Positions 1 through 10,104 are shown, counted from the first letter of the stretch. The stretch is DNA of 64,000 nucleotides from a virus (IMGVR_UViG_2576861548_000003:32001-96000), one strand, 5' to 3'. Made by a program: numbers and translations. The notes: generated from the letters alone by a model not told the origin.

Positions 1-31
1 ATGGTAATCTACAAAAGAAAATATGGATTAA

Positions 32-526
32 ATGTTGATTATGTTATGTAATATTACTGAATGGATATCAATTGGCGTAGATATCCTTATGGGGGGATTA
101 GTTGCATTTGTTTTAGCTTATACTGTTCCTAAAAAGCTAAACGATGACAGGGCCTTAAAAGATTTTTTTATTGATGAAATGCGAACTCTAAAAAAAGAAT
201 ATAATGATTTCTGTAAGAATATGTGTTTGGGTAAAATAACTTCTTCTGATATAACAGAAACCTTTAAACAAATAAGTATGAGGATTGCAGATGTGGAGAG
301 ATGTGTTAATAGAGAATTGGATATAGATGTATCAATTCAATCTTATGTAACTGATTGCCAAATATTAGTGACTAATTCTGATGAAATTAACGAGATGTTT
401 CGAGATTCTGCCGTAACATTTGTTCGTAATACCAAAAATCAAATATCTTCTAAACAAGATATATTTAATAGAAATATAATGTCTGCTATCGCAAATATAA
501 ATAGAGCAAATAAAAAAACGAAATAA
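32..526 (+). CDS. Hypothetical membrane-anchored protein (AT-rich accessory gene)
   Basis: 164-aa ORF with N-terminal hydrophobic segment; converges on the integrase. Confidence 0.6.
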   Translation: MLIMLCNITEWISIGVDILMGGLVAFVLAYTVPKKLNDDRALKDFFIDEMRTLKKEYNDFCKNMCLGKITSSDITETFKQISMRIADVERCVNRELDIDVSIQSYVTDCQILVTNSDEINEMFRDSAVTFVRNTKNQISSKQDIFNRNIMSAIANINRANKKTK

Positions 527-809
527 TTGTAAACTTTCTAAAGTAGATCATATGTTCTTAAACTCTTGATTGATATAGAGATGATCCTTATGCTTGACTA
601 TGGTATAATAAGAAAATGATTTTTAACAAGAACTATTGTAATGGGCGGATAAGACGGAAGTGCCTTAGTTTTTACGTCGCTTTTATTGTTGATGTGAAAA
701 AATGTGTCGAATACCGATGTAATATGTGCGTTCGCAATCATTATTCTGCCTCATTTTACAACCTAGCGATTAATTGGCTGTATTAGATTAGGGCGATGAT
801 AAAAGGAAT

Positions 810-840
810 AAGCAAGGCGACTTATCCAGTCGCCTTGCTT
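810..840. terminator. Intrinsic terminator downstream of integrase, probably bidirectional
   Basis: 13-bp inverted repeat AAGCAAGGCGACT-tatcc-AGTCGCCTTGCTT between convergent genes. Confidence 0.8.
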
Positions 841-842
841 TG

Positions 843-2084
843 TTATAACATCATCATTTGCATTTGCGCGCGTAAATTTATGTAATCTTTGAATATTGCG
901 GGGTTTTGAACATATTCTACTACCCTTTTTATAGCCGCATCCGCTTGTTGCTGTTTAACCTTTACATACACATTAATGGTGATTCCTGTTTTTATTGAAT
1001 GTCCTAAGCAATATTCTATGACAGGGTAGGGGATACCTATTTCGGCCGCAAACTGAGCGAATGTTTTTCTTGCTGAGTAATAAGTTAAGCTATTCTCAAT
1101 ATGAAGCTCTTTTGCCAGTAACTTCATACACGTATTGATATAGCATTGCAGATTCTTTTGCGTGTAGCTATATCCAAAATCTAACATCCCATTTGGGGTT
1201 ATATATTTGTTGATGATTTGTCTAACTTCGGGAATGATGTTTAATCTTGTTGCTCGATTTTTGCGCTTATGATCTTTGCTTTTTTGTCGCTTGTATTCGA
1301 TGTCATTCTCAGAGAAGTTTATTTGTATAAGATCGGCAAAGTTAATACCACCCAGATAAAAGGATAGCAAAAATAAGTCTTTTGCTAACGATAGTCTTTT
1401 GCTATGTGATACGTCACAATTGATTATTTTTCTAACACTTTCTACGCTTATATCTATTTCCTTTATGTCGGGTGTTGGAAGTTTAGTATAAGCAAATGGA
1501 TGCGCCTCGCATCGAAGTAGCCCATTTTTAATGGCTTCATTTATTCTCGCTTTAATATGACATAGGCGAATTTGGCGTCCTCCATCGCTATAATTATTTG
1601 CTTTCATCCATCTGTCGAAATGCTCTATAGTGATATGATTCATTATAATCATTGGCACATCACCTTCGGCCGCTTCGAACACTTTTAATGTATCTTCGTT
1701 CATTTTCGCATAACTTTCCCGGCCTTCTGACGAAAGCTCTTTTATACGATTGCGCATAAAGTCATTGAAGGTGATTATAGAAGGGACTACGTTTTCTTGT
1801 TGGATAAGTATCATCTTTAATTGAGATGCTGTATAACAGTCGTTATTCTCAATATAGGATAACCTTTCTGTGTATTTTTTCAGTTCAAAGGCTAGTCTTT
1901 TATTCATCATTGTAGCGTCCGTACGGGCGACTACTTTCCCGTTATACCATTCTGAAACATCATTCAACTGATACTCTGTTTTAATATATGCCTTCTGTTT
2001 TTTGGCTGAGATGCGCAACAAGACAGGAAATTTGTTTTCTGTTGTTGGTTTAGCCTTTAGAATAGTAAATGATAATGTTGCCAT
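843..2084 (-). CDS. int: Tyrosine integrase (Bacteroidetes Arm-DNA-bind/SAM-like type)
   Basis: 413 aa; N-terminal arm-binding-like region, GINFADL, YSARKTFA, LGHS and downstream catalytic Tyr. Confidence 0.92.
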   Translation of the reverse strand: MATLSFTILKAKPTTENKFPVLLRISAKKQKAYIKTEYQLNDVSEWYNGKVVARTDATMMNKRLAFELKKYTERLSYIENNDCYTASQLKMILIQQENVVPSIITFNDFMRNRIKELSSEGRESYAKMNEDTLKVFEAAEGDVPMIIMNHITIEHFDRWMKANNYSDGGRQIRLCHIKARINEAIKNGLLRCEAHPFAYTKLPTPDIKEIDISVESVRKIINCDVSHSKRLSLAKDLFLLSFYLGGINFADLIQINFSENDIEYKRQKSKDHKRKNRATRLNIIPEVRQIINKYITPNGMLDFGYSYTQKNLQCYINTCMKLLAKELHIENSLTYYSARKTFAQFAAEIGIPYPVIEYCLGHSIKTGITINVYVKVKQQQADAAIKRVVEYVQNPAIFKDYINLRAQMQMMML

Positions 2085-2222
2085 AAGCTATTGTTTTGTG
2101 ACACCCCATCAGACACCCCTAATGATTCGTGGGTGATTCAGTGGCACTTTTTTTAATAGCTTTGTAAACTGCCTCCTATGGTTAACTCTTTTATATTGAA
2201 TGTTTTATATCTCTTATAAAAG

Positions 2223-2266
2223 AGCCGCTAGCCAGACTTGAACTGGCGACCTACGCGTTACGAATG
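2223..2266 (-). other. 3' half of tRNA-Thr(CGT); probable att core
   Basis: Minus strand reads CATTCGTAACGCGTAGGTCGCCAGTTCAAGTCTGGCTAGCGGCT: anticodon loop TTCGTAA, T-arm, 3' acceptor strand; no D-arm or 5' acceptor strand. Confidence 0.8.
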
Positions 2267-2349
2267 TTTATCCAATTTACGGTCTAACTGATTGTTTAAT
2301 AGTGTATTGGTGCGTGACTAACTGAGGTCGTAGATAAGTTTTTGCACAT

Positions 2350-2619
2350 TTATCCATTCCAGTTGGGGTCAAACATAGGTCCTTTACCAAGTACTATCCA
2401 TTCAACAGAGACCCCGTAATCATTATGTATATAGACTATCCATTCAGGCTTTAACACGCAACGATTGGGGGAGAACTTAACTTGGTTTACGTTCCATCGA
2501 TTTAGGTTATGTTCTCTTGTGAAAGTTTGCAGTCCTCTAATCTTCTTTTGAGCTTTTAACATTGCTATTGCTTCAAAAAAACGATTACTTATAGCTATTC
2601 CTTCTTCTGATATCTTCAT
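2350..2619 (-). CDS. Small HTH-like DNA-binding protein
   Basis: 89 aa; YGVSVEWIVLGKGPMF resembles the XRE C-terminal motif; follows repressor. Confidence 0.65.
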   Translation of the reverse strand: MKISEEGIAISNRFFEAIAMLKAQKKIRGLQTFTREHNLNRWNVNQVKFSPNRCVLKPEWIVYIHNDYGVSVEWIVLGKGPMFDPNWNG

Positions 2620-2628
2620 TTTATTATT

Positions 2629-3147
2629 TTATTTAATATTTGTGCTCTTTATGTCGCTCGTTGAAATATCCGACCCACTTGCATGAGCACATCTGGCAAC
2701 ATTTTCCTGACGGGCAAGAGTTTTTTTATTTTGTTCTTGCATTGATTCTATGGTTCTCTGCTGAGATAATACGGTTTCTGTTAATCTTGATAATTGCTCA
2801 AAGACTTCCCGGCTCATAGAGACTGAGCTACTCTGTAGTTCTAATCTTTGTTCTACAAGTTCATCTAAGATTTGTTCTCTTAATTTTTCTTTATTACTTC
2901 TAGGGACACTTTTTTCAATAATGCCAGCTATAGTATCTCCTTTTATAAACATTGGCACATCGGCTCCATCTAGCCATCCTGGGGTTAAGTGATACTTGCT
3001 TTCTAATAAATATTTGTTTTTATCTGTTAGGGATACATTCCCGATTTCTATCTGTGAATAACTATTTTGCTTCATGCATAGAACTTCTGCAAGTTGCGAT
3101 TGAGTCATTCTTAGATATTTTCTCAGATGTTTTAATCTATTATCCAT
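2629..3147 (-). CDS. CI-like XRE repressor
   Basis: RLKHLRKYLRMTQSQLAEVL..YSQIEIG HTH; divergent from Cro-like gene. Confidence 0.85.
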   Translation of the reverse strand: MDNRLKHLRKYLRMTQSQLAEVLCMKQNSYSQIEIGNVSLTDKNKYLLESKYHLTPGWLDGADVPMFIKGDTIAGIIEKSVPRSNKEKLREQILDELVEQRLELQSSSVSMSREVFEQLSRLTETVLSQQRTIESMQEQNKKTLARQENVARCAHASGSDISTSDIKSTNIK

Positions 3148-3240
3148 ATAAAAATAAGTTAAATATATCTGTTTTATAGTGTATTTATATCTATAATTGA
3201 TATATTTGCAAAGACATTAATATATAACACTACAAAGATA

Positions 3241-3495
3241 ATGAAAGATGCATTAAAAACAAGTAAAATGCTTGCTGAAGGTCGTAAAATGACCCTAAAA
3301 GGCTATTATCAAAGTCTGCCTAGCTCAACCCATCCCAAAACTGAGTTTATCAACGAAATAACAAAAAGGACCGGAGTATCATTTACTGCTGCGAGAAACT
3401 GGGTTATATACGGAATGAAGCCTAATAATCCTAAACATGTTTCTGCCCTTTCGGAAATAACCGGAATTTCTCCTGAAGATTTATGGTCTGAATAA
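3241..3495 (+). CDS. Cro-like HTH regulator
   Basis: 84 aa, TGVSFTAARNW..LSEITGISPEDLW; divergent from CI. Confidence 0.75.
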   Translation: MKDALKTSKMLAEGRKMTLKGYYQSLPSSTHPKTEFINEITKRTGVSFTAARNWVIYGMKPNNPKHVSALSEITGISPEDLWSE

Positions 3496-3507
3496 AACTA
3501 TTGAGCA

Positions 3508-4062
3508 ATGAAAGATTTAGAATTTTACATCTTTGAAGATCAGCTTTGGTGTATGTTTTCTGATGGCACTAACAAACCTGTTACGGACAAAGATACGTCA
3601 TTGGTAAAAAATATACTTGATCGTATACGGGAATGTTATCCGGATGCTTATAAAGCACTGATGGAATGTTATCAAAAAAGTTCTCAAAATATACCATACT
3701 TCCAGTACCTTATGGCTAATCGGTTTTGTAAATGCAATTTTGGAGAACTGGATAATACGACCCGTGATATTGACAAAGGAGGAAAATTTAACTTTGAACG
3801 TGTCAGTTGCCCAATGCGTGGAGAGTGTAAATATGAAGGAGTCATTTGTGATCCTCAATTTGATAGTCGTATATCAGATGCGGAAATGAGAGTTATGCGC
3901 TTAGTATACGAGGGCCTTAGTAATGAAGATATTGCAGATAAACTTTATTTATCTCCACATACAGTTAAAAATCACATCAAGTCAGTTTATCTGAAGCTTG
4001 GTATCCATGAAAAGTCTGAGTTTATTCAATACGTACATAAAAATAACCTTTTCAAAGATTAA
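3508..4062 (+). CDS. LuxR-type HTH regulator with Cys-containing N-terminal region
   Basis: ISDAEMRVMRLVYEGLSNEDIADKLYLSPHTVKNHIKSVYLKLG. Confidence 0.88.
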   Translation: MKDLEFYIFEDQLWCMFSDGTNKPVTDKDTSLVKNILDRIRECYPDAYKALMECYQKSSQNIPYFQYLMANRFCKCNFGELDNTTRDIDKGGKFNFERVSCPMRGECKYEGVICDPQFDSRISDAEMRVMRLVYEGLSNEDIADKLYLSPHTVKNHIKSVYLKLGIHEKSEFIQYVHKNNLFKD

Positions 4063-4067
4063 ATGGT

Positions 4068-4274
4068 ATGATTAGTGAAGAAGTTTTGAAAATTGTACTT
4101 AACAATAAGACGTTTGGGCAACGTGAAGCTGCTGATATAGTTGGTGGTAGAGGACGATTATTCAGATTAGTTGGATCTGGAGTTATACGTGCTGAAAAGA
4201 AACCAGCTGATCGTCAAAACGGAAGATGGTATTGTAATGCTTATGATGTAATTAAAAATGCTACATTGAAGTAA
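4068..4274 (+). CDS. Excisionase-like small DNA-binding protein
   Basis: 68 aa, basic, Xis-like pattern and position. Confidence 0.5.
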   Translation: MISEEVLKIVLNNKTFGQREAADIVGGRGRLFRLVGSGVIRAEKKPADRQNGRWYCNAYDVIKNATLK

Positions 4275-4761
4275 TTGATATTCAAATAGTTATACTAAGT
4301 TAATGACGCAAAAAATACAAGTTTAACGTTTGGATAAAAGTCAAAAACTATATAGTTTTACATCATAAATAATAGATAATCAATAAGTTATGAAAAGAAC
4401 ACCTCTTTTGACTATTTGGGTTTTATCATTTGTTGTAATGATATTACTTGCTAATCCTGAAAAAGTTTTATTCTGGATTGCGTTTGTGATATTTTCTTGG
4501 TCTTCACTATATATTGAGAAACACAAAAAAAGACTTAAGGAAGAAGATGAATAGTAAACGTCCATATATTGTCCAAGATGTAACATTGGTAACATACAGT
4601 GGACGTCGGATTTCCCTCTCTTTAGTAGAGTATAAGATTATAGATGTCCCTGTTAGACTTGTTAAAGAAAAAATACTTGATTCTTTTTCTGCAATGGTTG
4701 ATAAACCTGTAGATGTAGAATTAAAAGTAAGATACATATAAATAAAGCGTACATAAGAGCA

Positions 4762-4941
4762 ATGAAAACGAAAGAAGAATTACTGGCAATGAAGCATGAA
4801 GACTTGGCTTTATTCGCATACAAAATCATGTATGAACAATGCCTTCTTGAAGACAAAGAAAAAGAGAATAAAAAATTAAAAGAAATACTTAATATGATTG
4901 GGGTTACGTATGAAACTTACAAATCAGAATTTAGTGAATGA
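4762..4941 (+). CDS. Small hypothetical protein (not in ORF track)
   Basis: ATG 4762, MKTKEELLAMKHEDLALFAY.., 59 aa, preceded by AAGAGCA start motif. Confidence 0.55.
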   Translation: MKTKEELLAMKHEDLALFAYKIMYEQCLLEDKEKENKKLKEILNMIGVTYETYKSEFSE

Positions 4942-5191
4942 ATTATTGCAATTGGAGGTTGAATTGAAAAAGGTGGAGTCCAGTAATATTGAATATCTAC
5001 CTGAATATGGATATTCACCCAAAGAAGAAATAATCCAACTTATCAAAGAAGATATATCTGATGTTAAAAAAGAAATAGACATAAATCTACAATTAGAAAC
5101 TTCTGGTATTTCATCAGAATATACGGAAAAAAACTTAGAAGAAGAAAGAACTAACCTTTGCTTAATACAGGGGTTGTCGAGATATTGTTAA
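4898..5191 (+). CDS. Hypothetical phage protein
   Basis: ORF in early operon; true start may be downstream. Confidence 0.5.
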   Translation: MGLRMKLTNQNLVNELLQLEVELKKVESSNIEYLPEYGYSPKEEIIQLIKEDISDVKKEIDINLQLETSGISSEYTEKNLEEERTNLCLIQGLSRYC

Positions 5192-5210
5192 ACTTTAAAA
5201 TATTTGAGCG

Positions 5211-5978
5211 ATGGAGGAAAACAAATTGACAAAACAAGAAAATGACACATTATCGATATTTGGTAAAGGAAAGACCATTTATCAGGTTGCGGGTAATGAC
5301 GTAGCATTATCATTTGATATTGTACGTAACTATTTAACGAAAGGTAGCGGGCAAGTATCCGATCAGGATATTGTACAGTTTATTAGTATTTGCAAATTTA
5401 ACCAGCTTAATCCATTCTTGAACGAAGCATTCCTTGTCAAGTTTGGACAACAACCGGCGCAGATGATTGTCAGTAAAGAGGCTTTTTTTAAACGAGCTGA
5501 CGCAAGTGAACAGTACGAAGGTTTCAAGGCTGGTGTCATACTTATCAGAGATAATCAAATTGTAGAGGTGGAAGGATGTTTCTATAATGAAAAAACAGAT
5601 GTTCTTGTTGGAGGATGGTGTGAAGTTTATCGTTCAGACCGTAAATTTCCTATTGTAGCGAAAGTGAATCTTTCCGAATACGACAAAAAGCAATCTATAT
5701 GGAATGAAAAGAAATCCACCATGATTTCCAAGATTGCTAAGGTTCAGGCATTACGTGAAGCTTTTCCTGCTCAACTTGGAGCAATGTATACACAAGAAGA
5801 ACAAGAGGTTAAATTTGCAGAATACGAGGATGTGACTGGGAAAGAATCTAAAGGTAATAAACTTGCGGAAATTGCTGCTAAGGCCGCAGGGGTGGAAGAA
5901 CAACCTAACCCGGAGCAATTAGAAACTCAATCTCAAAATAACGCGAATAATAAACCTGTTCAAAAAACACTGTTATGA
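5211..5978 (+). CDS. bet: Bet/RecT-family ssDNA annealing protein
   Basis: CKFNQLNPFLNEAFLVKF, GGWCEVYRSDR, MISKIAKVQALREAFP. Confidence 0.9.
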   Translation: MEENKLTKQENDTLSIFGKGKTIYQVAGNDVALSFDIVRNYLTKGSGQVSDQDIVQFISICKFNQLNPFLNEAFLVKFGQQPAQMIVSKEAFFKRADASEQYEGFKAGVILIRDNQIVEVEGCFYNEKTDVLVGGWCEVYRSDRKFPIVAKVNLSEYDKKQSIWNEKKSTMISKIAKVQALREAFPAQLGAMYTQEEQEVKFAEYEDVTGKESKGNKLAEIAAKAAGVEEQPNPEQLETQSQNNANNKPVQKTLL

Positions 5979-6907
5979 TGGAAAATGATGGTGAAATATG
6001 GAAAGATATAGTTGGATATGAGGGTAGATACCAAGTGTCCAACTATGGAAGAATTAAATCTCTTGATATTAACTTGCATAAACGTGATGGAAAGATAGAG
6101 TTTAGGAAAGGTAAAATTCTTAAAGCCAGTTTAAGCGCGTTTGGCTATCCTCAGTACTGCTTTAGTTCCAGTTTTGGTAAACGAAAGCTCATGAGGATAC
6201 ATAGAGTTGTAGCAGAAACTTTTATTCCTAATCCTGATAAAAAGCCATTTATTGATCATATAAATCGTATAAAGACAGATAATAATGTTAATAATTTGCG
6301 ATGGTGCACAGGCAAGGAGAATATGAATAACCCATTAACAAGGGAATGGTTGAAAAACTGTAGGCCAAGTTTCCACCATTCAGAAGAAGTTAAGAAAAAG
6401 ATAGGGTTATTAAACAAGGGACGCATATTTAAAGAATCTACAAGAGAAAAACTCCGTATTAGAGGATTTCCAGTAATGCAGTTTACTATAAGTGGTGATT
6501 TTATCATGGAGTATAAAAGTCCTTATTATGCTCAAAGTGAGACAGGGGCATTACGAACCCATATTGTAGCTTGTTGTAATGGAAAAAGGAAAACAGCTGG
6601 TGGGTATAGATGGGTCTATAAAAAAAATTATAAAGGGAAGGATCTACCTAAATTGGCAAATAAAAAGCGCATATACAAAACAGGTTATAAGCAAACAAAA
6701 CAGGCTATAATAAATATGCGTAAATCTAAAGAAAAATACCGTAAAGCGGTATTAGTCTTTTCATTAGACGGTTCGTTTCTGTCTGAATATCCTTCAATTA
6801 TTGAAGCAGGCAATGCAACAGGCACAAATTTCGGCTCAATATGTAATTGTTGTAGGGGTAGAATTGGACAATCAAATGGTTACAGATTTAAATATAAAGA
6901 TATATGA
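5975..6907 (+). CDS. NUMOD4-HNH homing endonuclease with NUMOD1-like repeats
   Basis: EIWKDIVGYEGRYQVSNYGRIKS; HRVVAETF..IDHINRIKTDNNVNNLRW; two CC.G.....GY.(W/F) repeats. Confidence 0.9.
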   Translation: MMENDGEIWKDIVGYEGRYQVSNYGRIKSLDINLHKRDGKIEFRKGKILKASLSAFGYPQYCFSSSFGKRKLMRIHRVVAETFIPNPDKKPFIDHINRIKTDNNVNNLRWCTGKENMNNPLTREWLKNCRPSFHHSEEVKKKIGLLNKGRIFKESTREKLRIRGFPVMQFTISGDFIMEYKSPYYAQSETGALRTHIVACCNGKRKTAGGYRWVYKKNYKGKDLPKLANKKRIYKTGYKQTKQAIINMRKSKEKYRKAVLVFSLDGSFLSEYPSIIEAGNATGTNFGSICNCCRGRIGQSNGYRFKYKDI

Positions 6908-7587
6908 TGAATTACAATTTTGAACAAAGGACCATAGGATGGATGCGTGAGCGTCTCGGAAACATTACTGGTAGCAATGTCGGCTTGCTTATGAAAAGCG
7001 GAAGAAACGACATGTTCAGCGACACTGCCAAGAATTACATTTTCCAAGTTGCGGCAGAACGGGCTATGAATCCAGAAATAGTTAATGATGATATTGCATT
7101 TGCCGAATATTTGTCTACTGTCAATGTAGAAAGCAAAGCAATGAGATTCGGGACAGAGCAAGAATCGAGTGCACGCGATTTGTATTCTAGATTGACTGGA
7201 AGGCATATTGTAGAAGTGGGGTCGTGTAAGCACCCCACTATCCCAAACTTTGCCAGTAGTCCTGACGGGTTCTTTTATGATGAAGAATCTGAAGAATGTG
7301 GATGTATAGAAATAAAATCTCCTTCCCAAAATACTTTCATGAAGTACAAAAGCGAAGTTTATGATAATGAATCGCTTCTTAAAGTAAAGTATGAATACTT
7401 TTATCAGTGTATGGCTCACATGATGTGCTGTAATGCAAGATGGACTGACTTTGTAGCTTATAATCCTTTTCAAATAGATCCTATTCACATTGTTCGTATA
7501 CTACCAGATGAAAAGGTCTTTGCAGAAATGGAGAAACGCATCAAAATGGCAGATGACATTATTAACCAAATAGCGGATATTGAATGA
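6904..7587 (+). CDS. YqaJ/lambda-exonuclease family protein
   Basis: QRTIGWMRERLGNITGS, ASSPDG, IEIKSP, YQCMAHM. Confidence 0.9.
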   Translation: MMNYNFEQRTIGWMRERLGNITGSNVGLLMKSGRNDMFSDTAKNYIFQVAAERAMNPEIVNDDIAFAEYLSTVNVESKAMRFGTEQESSARDLYSRLTGRHIVEVGSCKHPTIPNFASSPDGFFYDEESEECGCIEIKSPSQNTFMKYKSEVYDNESLLKVKYEYFYQCMAHMMCCNARWTDFVAYNPFQIDPIHIVRILPDEKVFAEMEKRIKMADDIINQIADIE

Positions 7588-7796
7588 TGAAATCGGACAT
7601 TATAATTAAACAATTAGATAATGGTTGTTTTGACGTACATGTTGATGACAAAAGTACAGATCAATTATCATTTGATGAAATGCTTGGGGTTGTTGCACAA
7701 TTGACTGTACCCAAAAATAAAAGATGCCTTCAGTGGCTTAAAACTAAGGAACAGCATGAAAGTTTTAGGAATAGAAATTTAAAAATAGAGCAATGA
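7584..7796 (+). CDS. Hypothetical protein
   Basis: 70-aa ORF overlapping neighbours' stop/start. Confidence 0.6.
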   Translation: MMKSDIIIKQLDNGCFDVHVDDKSTDQLSFDEMLGVVAQLTVPKNKRCLQWLKTKEQHESFRNRNLKIEQ

Positions 7797-8713
7797 ACAC
7801 ACAATTAGCAATTCAAGAAAGCGACCTAGAACTGGTCGTGAGTGAAAAGACGTTAGGTAGTCTTACTACCAACGCAAAACAAATCAGAGATATGGTAAAA
7901 GCCGCTTTGCCAATGTATGATATCTCCAATTATACAGATGATAATATCGATCAAGCAAAAAAAGATAAAGCGGCTCTAAACAAAGCGGCCAAAGCTCTCA
8001 ACTCCAAACGTCTTGAAATAGAGAAAGAGTTTATGAAACCTTTCGGGGAGTTCAAGGACGTTGTAACCGAAACCGTAAAACTTATTGGTGAGTGCTCTGC
8101 TAGGATTGACACGGTAGTCAAGCAGAACGAGCAGCAATACAAGGACAAGAAGAAAGCCACTATCAAGACCTACTTTGATGGAATGAACGTAAATCTTGTA
8201 GACTTTAACAAGGTTTTCAGGTCTGAATGGCTCAACAAGTCATCCAGTATGAAATCTGTTTGTTCTGACATTGATGCTATATTTGCTAAGGTAGAGAACG
8301 AACTTTCTACCTTAAAGGGGTTTGGTGAGGATTTCGATGTCCTCCGTACTTATTATATGGATACGCTCAACATCACATCCACCATTCAGTATGCCAACCG
8401 TCTGAAAGAGCAGCGTGAGCGTGCCAAAGCAGCAGAAGAGGCGCGCATCAAGGCAGAGCAGGAAAGAAGGGCTTCCGAAGAAGCCCGTAAAGCTGCTGAA
8501 GTAGAACAAGCCAAATCCCGTCCGATCAATCCGTTTGCCATGGCAGGACAAAAAGCCAACGAACAACCTCCTTTTATTAATCATCCCGAAGTACAACAGC
8601 CTGAGCTGTTAACGAGAGCTTTCAAGGTTACTACTACCCGTGAGAATATCATTGCTTTGGGTGACTTCATGAATGAAAAAGGTATTGATTTTGATAAAAT
8701 AGAATTGCCATGA
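7793..8713 (+). CDS. DUF1351-like coiled-coil phage protein
   Basis: AKKDKAALNK..RLEIEKEFMKPF; usual neighbour of Bet/Exo. Confidence 0.75.
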   Translation: MNTQLAIQESDLELVVSEKTLGSLTTNAKQIRDMVKAALPMYDISNYTDDNIDQAKKDKAALNKAAKALNSKRLEIEKEFMKPFGEFKDVVTETVKLIGECSARIDTVVKQNEQQYKDKKKATIKTYFDGMNVNLVDFNKVFRSEWLNKSSSMKSVCSDIDAIFAKVENELSTLKGFGEDFDVLRTYYMDTLNITSTIQYANRLKEQRERAKAAEEARIKAEQERRASEEARKAAEVEQAKSRPINPFAMAGQKANEQPPFINHPEVQQPELLTRAFKVTTTRENIIALGDFMNEKGIDFDKIELP

Positions 8714-9027
8714 GTGAAGCTGGAAAAGAATACAGACAATTTGTAAAACAGCGAAGAGAAGAACGCTATAGTCAATTTGTAAACTCAACCCTTCCTGCCA
8801 TCAAATCTTTAGGCTATGAAGTTATTCAACGAAATGATTATGGATTCGAATTCATTGTTCCTAAAAAAGGATTTGGCTGGGTTATATTCTACCCCAAGGG
8901 TGATAGGATATTATTGTGCAAACAAAATAAATGGATATATGGTGGTTTCTCTTGGATTCGCAAACATATACTTAAAGGCAATGGAAGTATGCAAAACAGA
9001 TGTACAGACTATTATTCGGCTTCTTGA
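8710..9027 (+). CDS. Hypothetical protein
   Basis: 105-aa ORF, ATGA-coupled. Confidence 0.55.
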   Translation: MSEAGKEYRQFVKQRREERYSQFVNSTLPAIKSLGYEVIQRNDYGFEFIVPKKGFGWVIFYPKGDRILLCKQNKWIYGGFSWIRKHILKGNGSMQNRCTDYYSAS

Positions 9028-9154
9028 TAAGAGTGCAGAGCTAATTGATAAATATTGTAAGAAGCCTTGTGAGTGTGATAAAGCAAGACAATGCAGGAAA
9101 ATTAGTAAGAAACTTAAAAATAAAATTGACAATGAAAACTTTGCAAATCAGTGA
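8981..9154 (+). CDS. Small Cys-containing hypothetical protein
   Basis: Likely start ATG 8981 (MEVCKTDVQ) inside track ORF 8816..9154. Confidence 0.5.
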   Translation: MEVCKTDVQTIIRLLDKSAELIDKYCKKPCECDKARQCRKISKKLKNKIDNENFANQ

Positions 9155-9608
9155 ACAAAAAGCTAGAGAACTCTACAAAAGTGGTTCCAGCGAGTTAAAA
9201 TCTATTTTGGAAGAGTCTTTTGGAAAAGATTTTTTCTCTCAAAAGATAACAGATAGAGTTAAAACCTATGAAGATGCATGTCGCGAATTAAGTACCAGTC
9301 CTCTTGATGAAAATAAGTTGATGAAACTCGGTCTTACTAAACATGATATTGCTTATCAAAAGTTGGTAACCATTATCAAGGCCCTTAACGAAGGTTGGGT
9401 ACCGGATGTATGTGATAGTAGTGTATATAGATGGTACCCGTGGTTCAAGACTAATGGTTCTCCTTCCTCTTTCGCTTTCTGCGATTCGCTTTGCGCTTAT
9501 GTTTATGCGGATGCGGGTAGCGGGTCTCGCCTTTGCTTGAAAAGTAAAGAATTGTCAGAGTATTGTGGTAAACAATTCATTGACCTTTGGAAACAGTTCA
9601 TTATTTAA
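9132..9608 (+). CDS. DGR target protein 1 (contains VR1)
   Basis: Likely start ATG 9132 (MKTLQISE); paralog of next gene; carries VR1. Confidence 0.85.
   Translation: MKTLQISEQKARELYKSGSSELKSILEESFGKDFFSQKITDRVKTYEDACRELSTSPLDENKLMKLGLTKHDIAYQKLVTIIKALNEGWVPDVCDSSVYRWYPWFKTNGSPSSFAFCDSLCAYVYADAGSGSRLCLKSKELSEYCGKQFIDLWKQFII
9459..9535 (+). repeat. DGR variable region VR1
   Basis: Manual alignment to TR: 14 differences at TR adenines plus one C>T. Confidence 0.92.
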
Positions 9609-9623
9609 CTAAATATTATCATC

Positions 9624-10004
9624 ATGAAAAAAGAAAATAAAAAGATTACAGAGTTAGTCAAAACGTTTGAGGATGCCCGTAAGCTGACCGGCAGACCGGA
9701 TGTTCCTGACTTTTCCAATCTTCCCACTGACATGCGCAAACATTTTGAGGCACAGTATAAGATGATTGTAATTGCAGAAGCCCTTAACGAGGGATGGATT
9801 CCTGATTGGGATAATTATAATGAATATAAGTATTATCCTTGGTTTGAAATGTCTCCTTCCTCTTTCGCTTTCGACGGTTCGTTTTACGATTGTGCTTATG
9901 CGTATGCGGGTAGCGGGTCTCGCCTTAAATTTCGGACACGCGAGCTTGCAAATTATGCAGCAGAGCAATTTATTGATATTTGGAAAGATATCCAGATAGG
10001 ATAG
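9624..10004 (+). CDS. DGR target protein 2 (contains VR2)
   Basis: 126 aa; shares VKT.EDA, ALNEGW.PD, YPWF, AGSGSRL, QFID.WK with target 1. Confidence 0.88.
   Translation: MKKENKKITELVKTFEDARKLTGRPDVPDFSNLPTDMRKHFEAQYKMIVIAEALNEGWIPDWDNYNEYKYYPWFEMSPSSFAFDGSFYDCAYAYAGSGSRLKFRTRELANYAAEQFIDIWKDIQIG
9852..9926 (+). repeat. DGR variable region VR2
   Basis: 13 differences from TR over 75 nt, all at TR adenines. Confidence 0.95.
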
Positions 10005-10027
10005 GATATAAAGGTTGCCTGTCCTTG

Positions 10028-10104
10028 TCTCCTTCCTCTTTCGCTTTCAACGATTCGAATTACGATAATGCAAATGCGAATGCAGGTAGCAGGTCTCACC
10101 TATG
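10028..10104 (+). repeat. DGR template repeat (TR)
   Basis: TCTCCTTCCTCTTTCGCTTTCAACGATTCGAATTACGATAATGCAAATGCGAATGCAGGTAGCAGGTCTCACCTATG; AAY-rich, just upstream of RT. Confidence 0.95.

Noticed and set aside
9531-9549. GAA-loop hairpin after VR1 as DGR homing hairpin
   Set aside because: AT-rich stem with a G-T pair and no counterpart after VR2; too weak to call
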